Assembly (NCBI GenBank): GCA_050633305.1
Contig: JBOEGF010000010.1
Span: 384,001 to 448,000, forward strand
Reading direction: 5' to 3'
DNA: 64,000 bases
Source: Nannocystales bacterium
GTDB taxonomy: Bacteria; Myxococcota_A; Polyangia; Nannocystales; Nannocystaceae
In this document: positions 63,453-64,000 of the stretch, one piece after another
Numbering within the stretch: the stretch's first letter is position 1
Layout of the letters: each line of letters starts with the position of its first letter
The notes under the pieces: model-generated
What the model was told of the DNA's origin: nothing
The model's database searches: none
Seen by the model: the letters and a program-made list of their open reading frames with translations, nothing else
Position numbers and translations under genes: made by a program

Positions 63453-63518
63453 CGGACCCTGTGGAGAAGGTTGCGAAGGCGTTCCAAACCGCTTTCTCGT
63501 TCGCGGTACCATCGTGGT

Positions 63519-64000
63519 GTGCGGCACTCGAAGCTGGTGGTGGTCTTCGTGCTCGGCGTGGTCGGGTGCTTCAATCCTGAGCCGTCCGAGGTCGGCGAGA
63601 CGGACATCACGGCCTCGACGAGCGGTGGCTCGTCCGAGGGGACGCAGTCGGGATCAAGCGACCCCTCGGCTGGTGCATCGGAGTCTGGCTCCGCCGCGTG
63701 TGAGGCGTGTGTCGCGGGCCCCCCCGAGGGCTGGCTGGGCCCCCTCGTTCTTGGTGTGGGGGAGACCGCTCCAACATGTGCCGCGCCGTTCACGGCGGTT
63801 GTCTTTCAGGCGGCCGAGGACATCTCGGGCGAGGACGCATCGTGTGGTTGCGAGTGCGGTGACCCGCAGGTCGATTGCGACTCGTTACAGGTCCAGTACG
63901 GCAACGCCTGCGCTGGGCCGTTCGACATCGAGAGTCTGGGCGACCCTGACGTATGCCACAACACCACACCACAGGGTCCCTCCATCGGCGCACTGTTTGC
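63519..64000 (+). CDS. Cys-rich lipoprotein (3'-truncated by window edge; not in ORF track)
   Basis: GTG-RHSKLVVVFVLGVVG-CFNPE, Ser/Thr/Gly linker, then CEACVAGPPEGWLGP...CGCEC; open to the window end. Confidence 0.7.
   Translation, partial: MRHSKLVVVFVLGVVGCFNPEPSEVGETDITASTSGGSSEGTQSGSSDPSAGASESGSAACEACVAGPPEGWLGPLVLGVGETAPTCAAPFTAVVFQAAEDISGEDASCGCECGDPQVDCDSLQVQYGNACAGPFDIESLGDPDVCHNTTPQGPSIGALF

Overview
GC-rich chromosomal segment that looks like a myxobacterium (Myxococcota, probably Nannocystaceae-like). This is inferred from four Hanks-type Ser/Thr kinases, a MYXO-CTERM-like protease, many lipoproteins with Ser/Thr/Gly-rich linkers and Cys-rich repeats. The backbone is housekeeping: moaC, glmS, tRNA-Gln(UUG)-prs, rplY-pth-membrane pyrophosphatase, rpsF-rpsR-rplI, dnaB and a type-2 ileS. 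Blocks of accessory genes separate these core genes. I found no transposase, integrase, phage gene, CRISPR array or rRNA. Most notable observations: (1) an Rdx/SelW-family selenoprotein (CxxU, in-frame TGA followed by a perfect SECIS-like hairpin) at 24050-24274 (-), which the ORF track misses; (2) an animal-type protein-arginine deiminase with intact catalytic motifs, encoded as a lipoprotein and coupled to a HEAT-repeat lipoprotein; (3) an apparently catalytically dead aldehyde-dehydrogenase-fold protein coupled to a membrane Ser/Thr kinase; (4) a zinc-ribbon/kinase/STAND-ATPase/TPR protein; (5) an orphan GspD-type secretin; (6) candidate operators for TetR and LytTR and an S6:S18 leader. 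All calls come from motif recognition by eye; no database searches were run.
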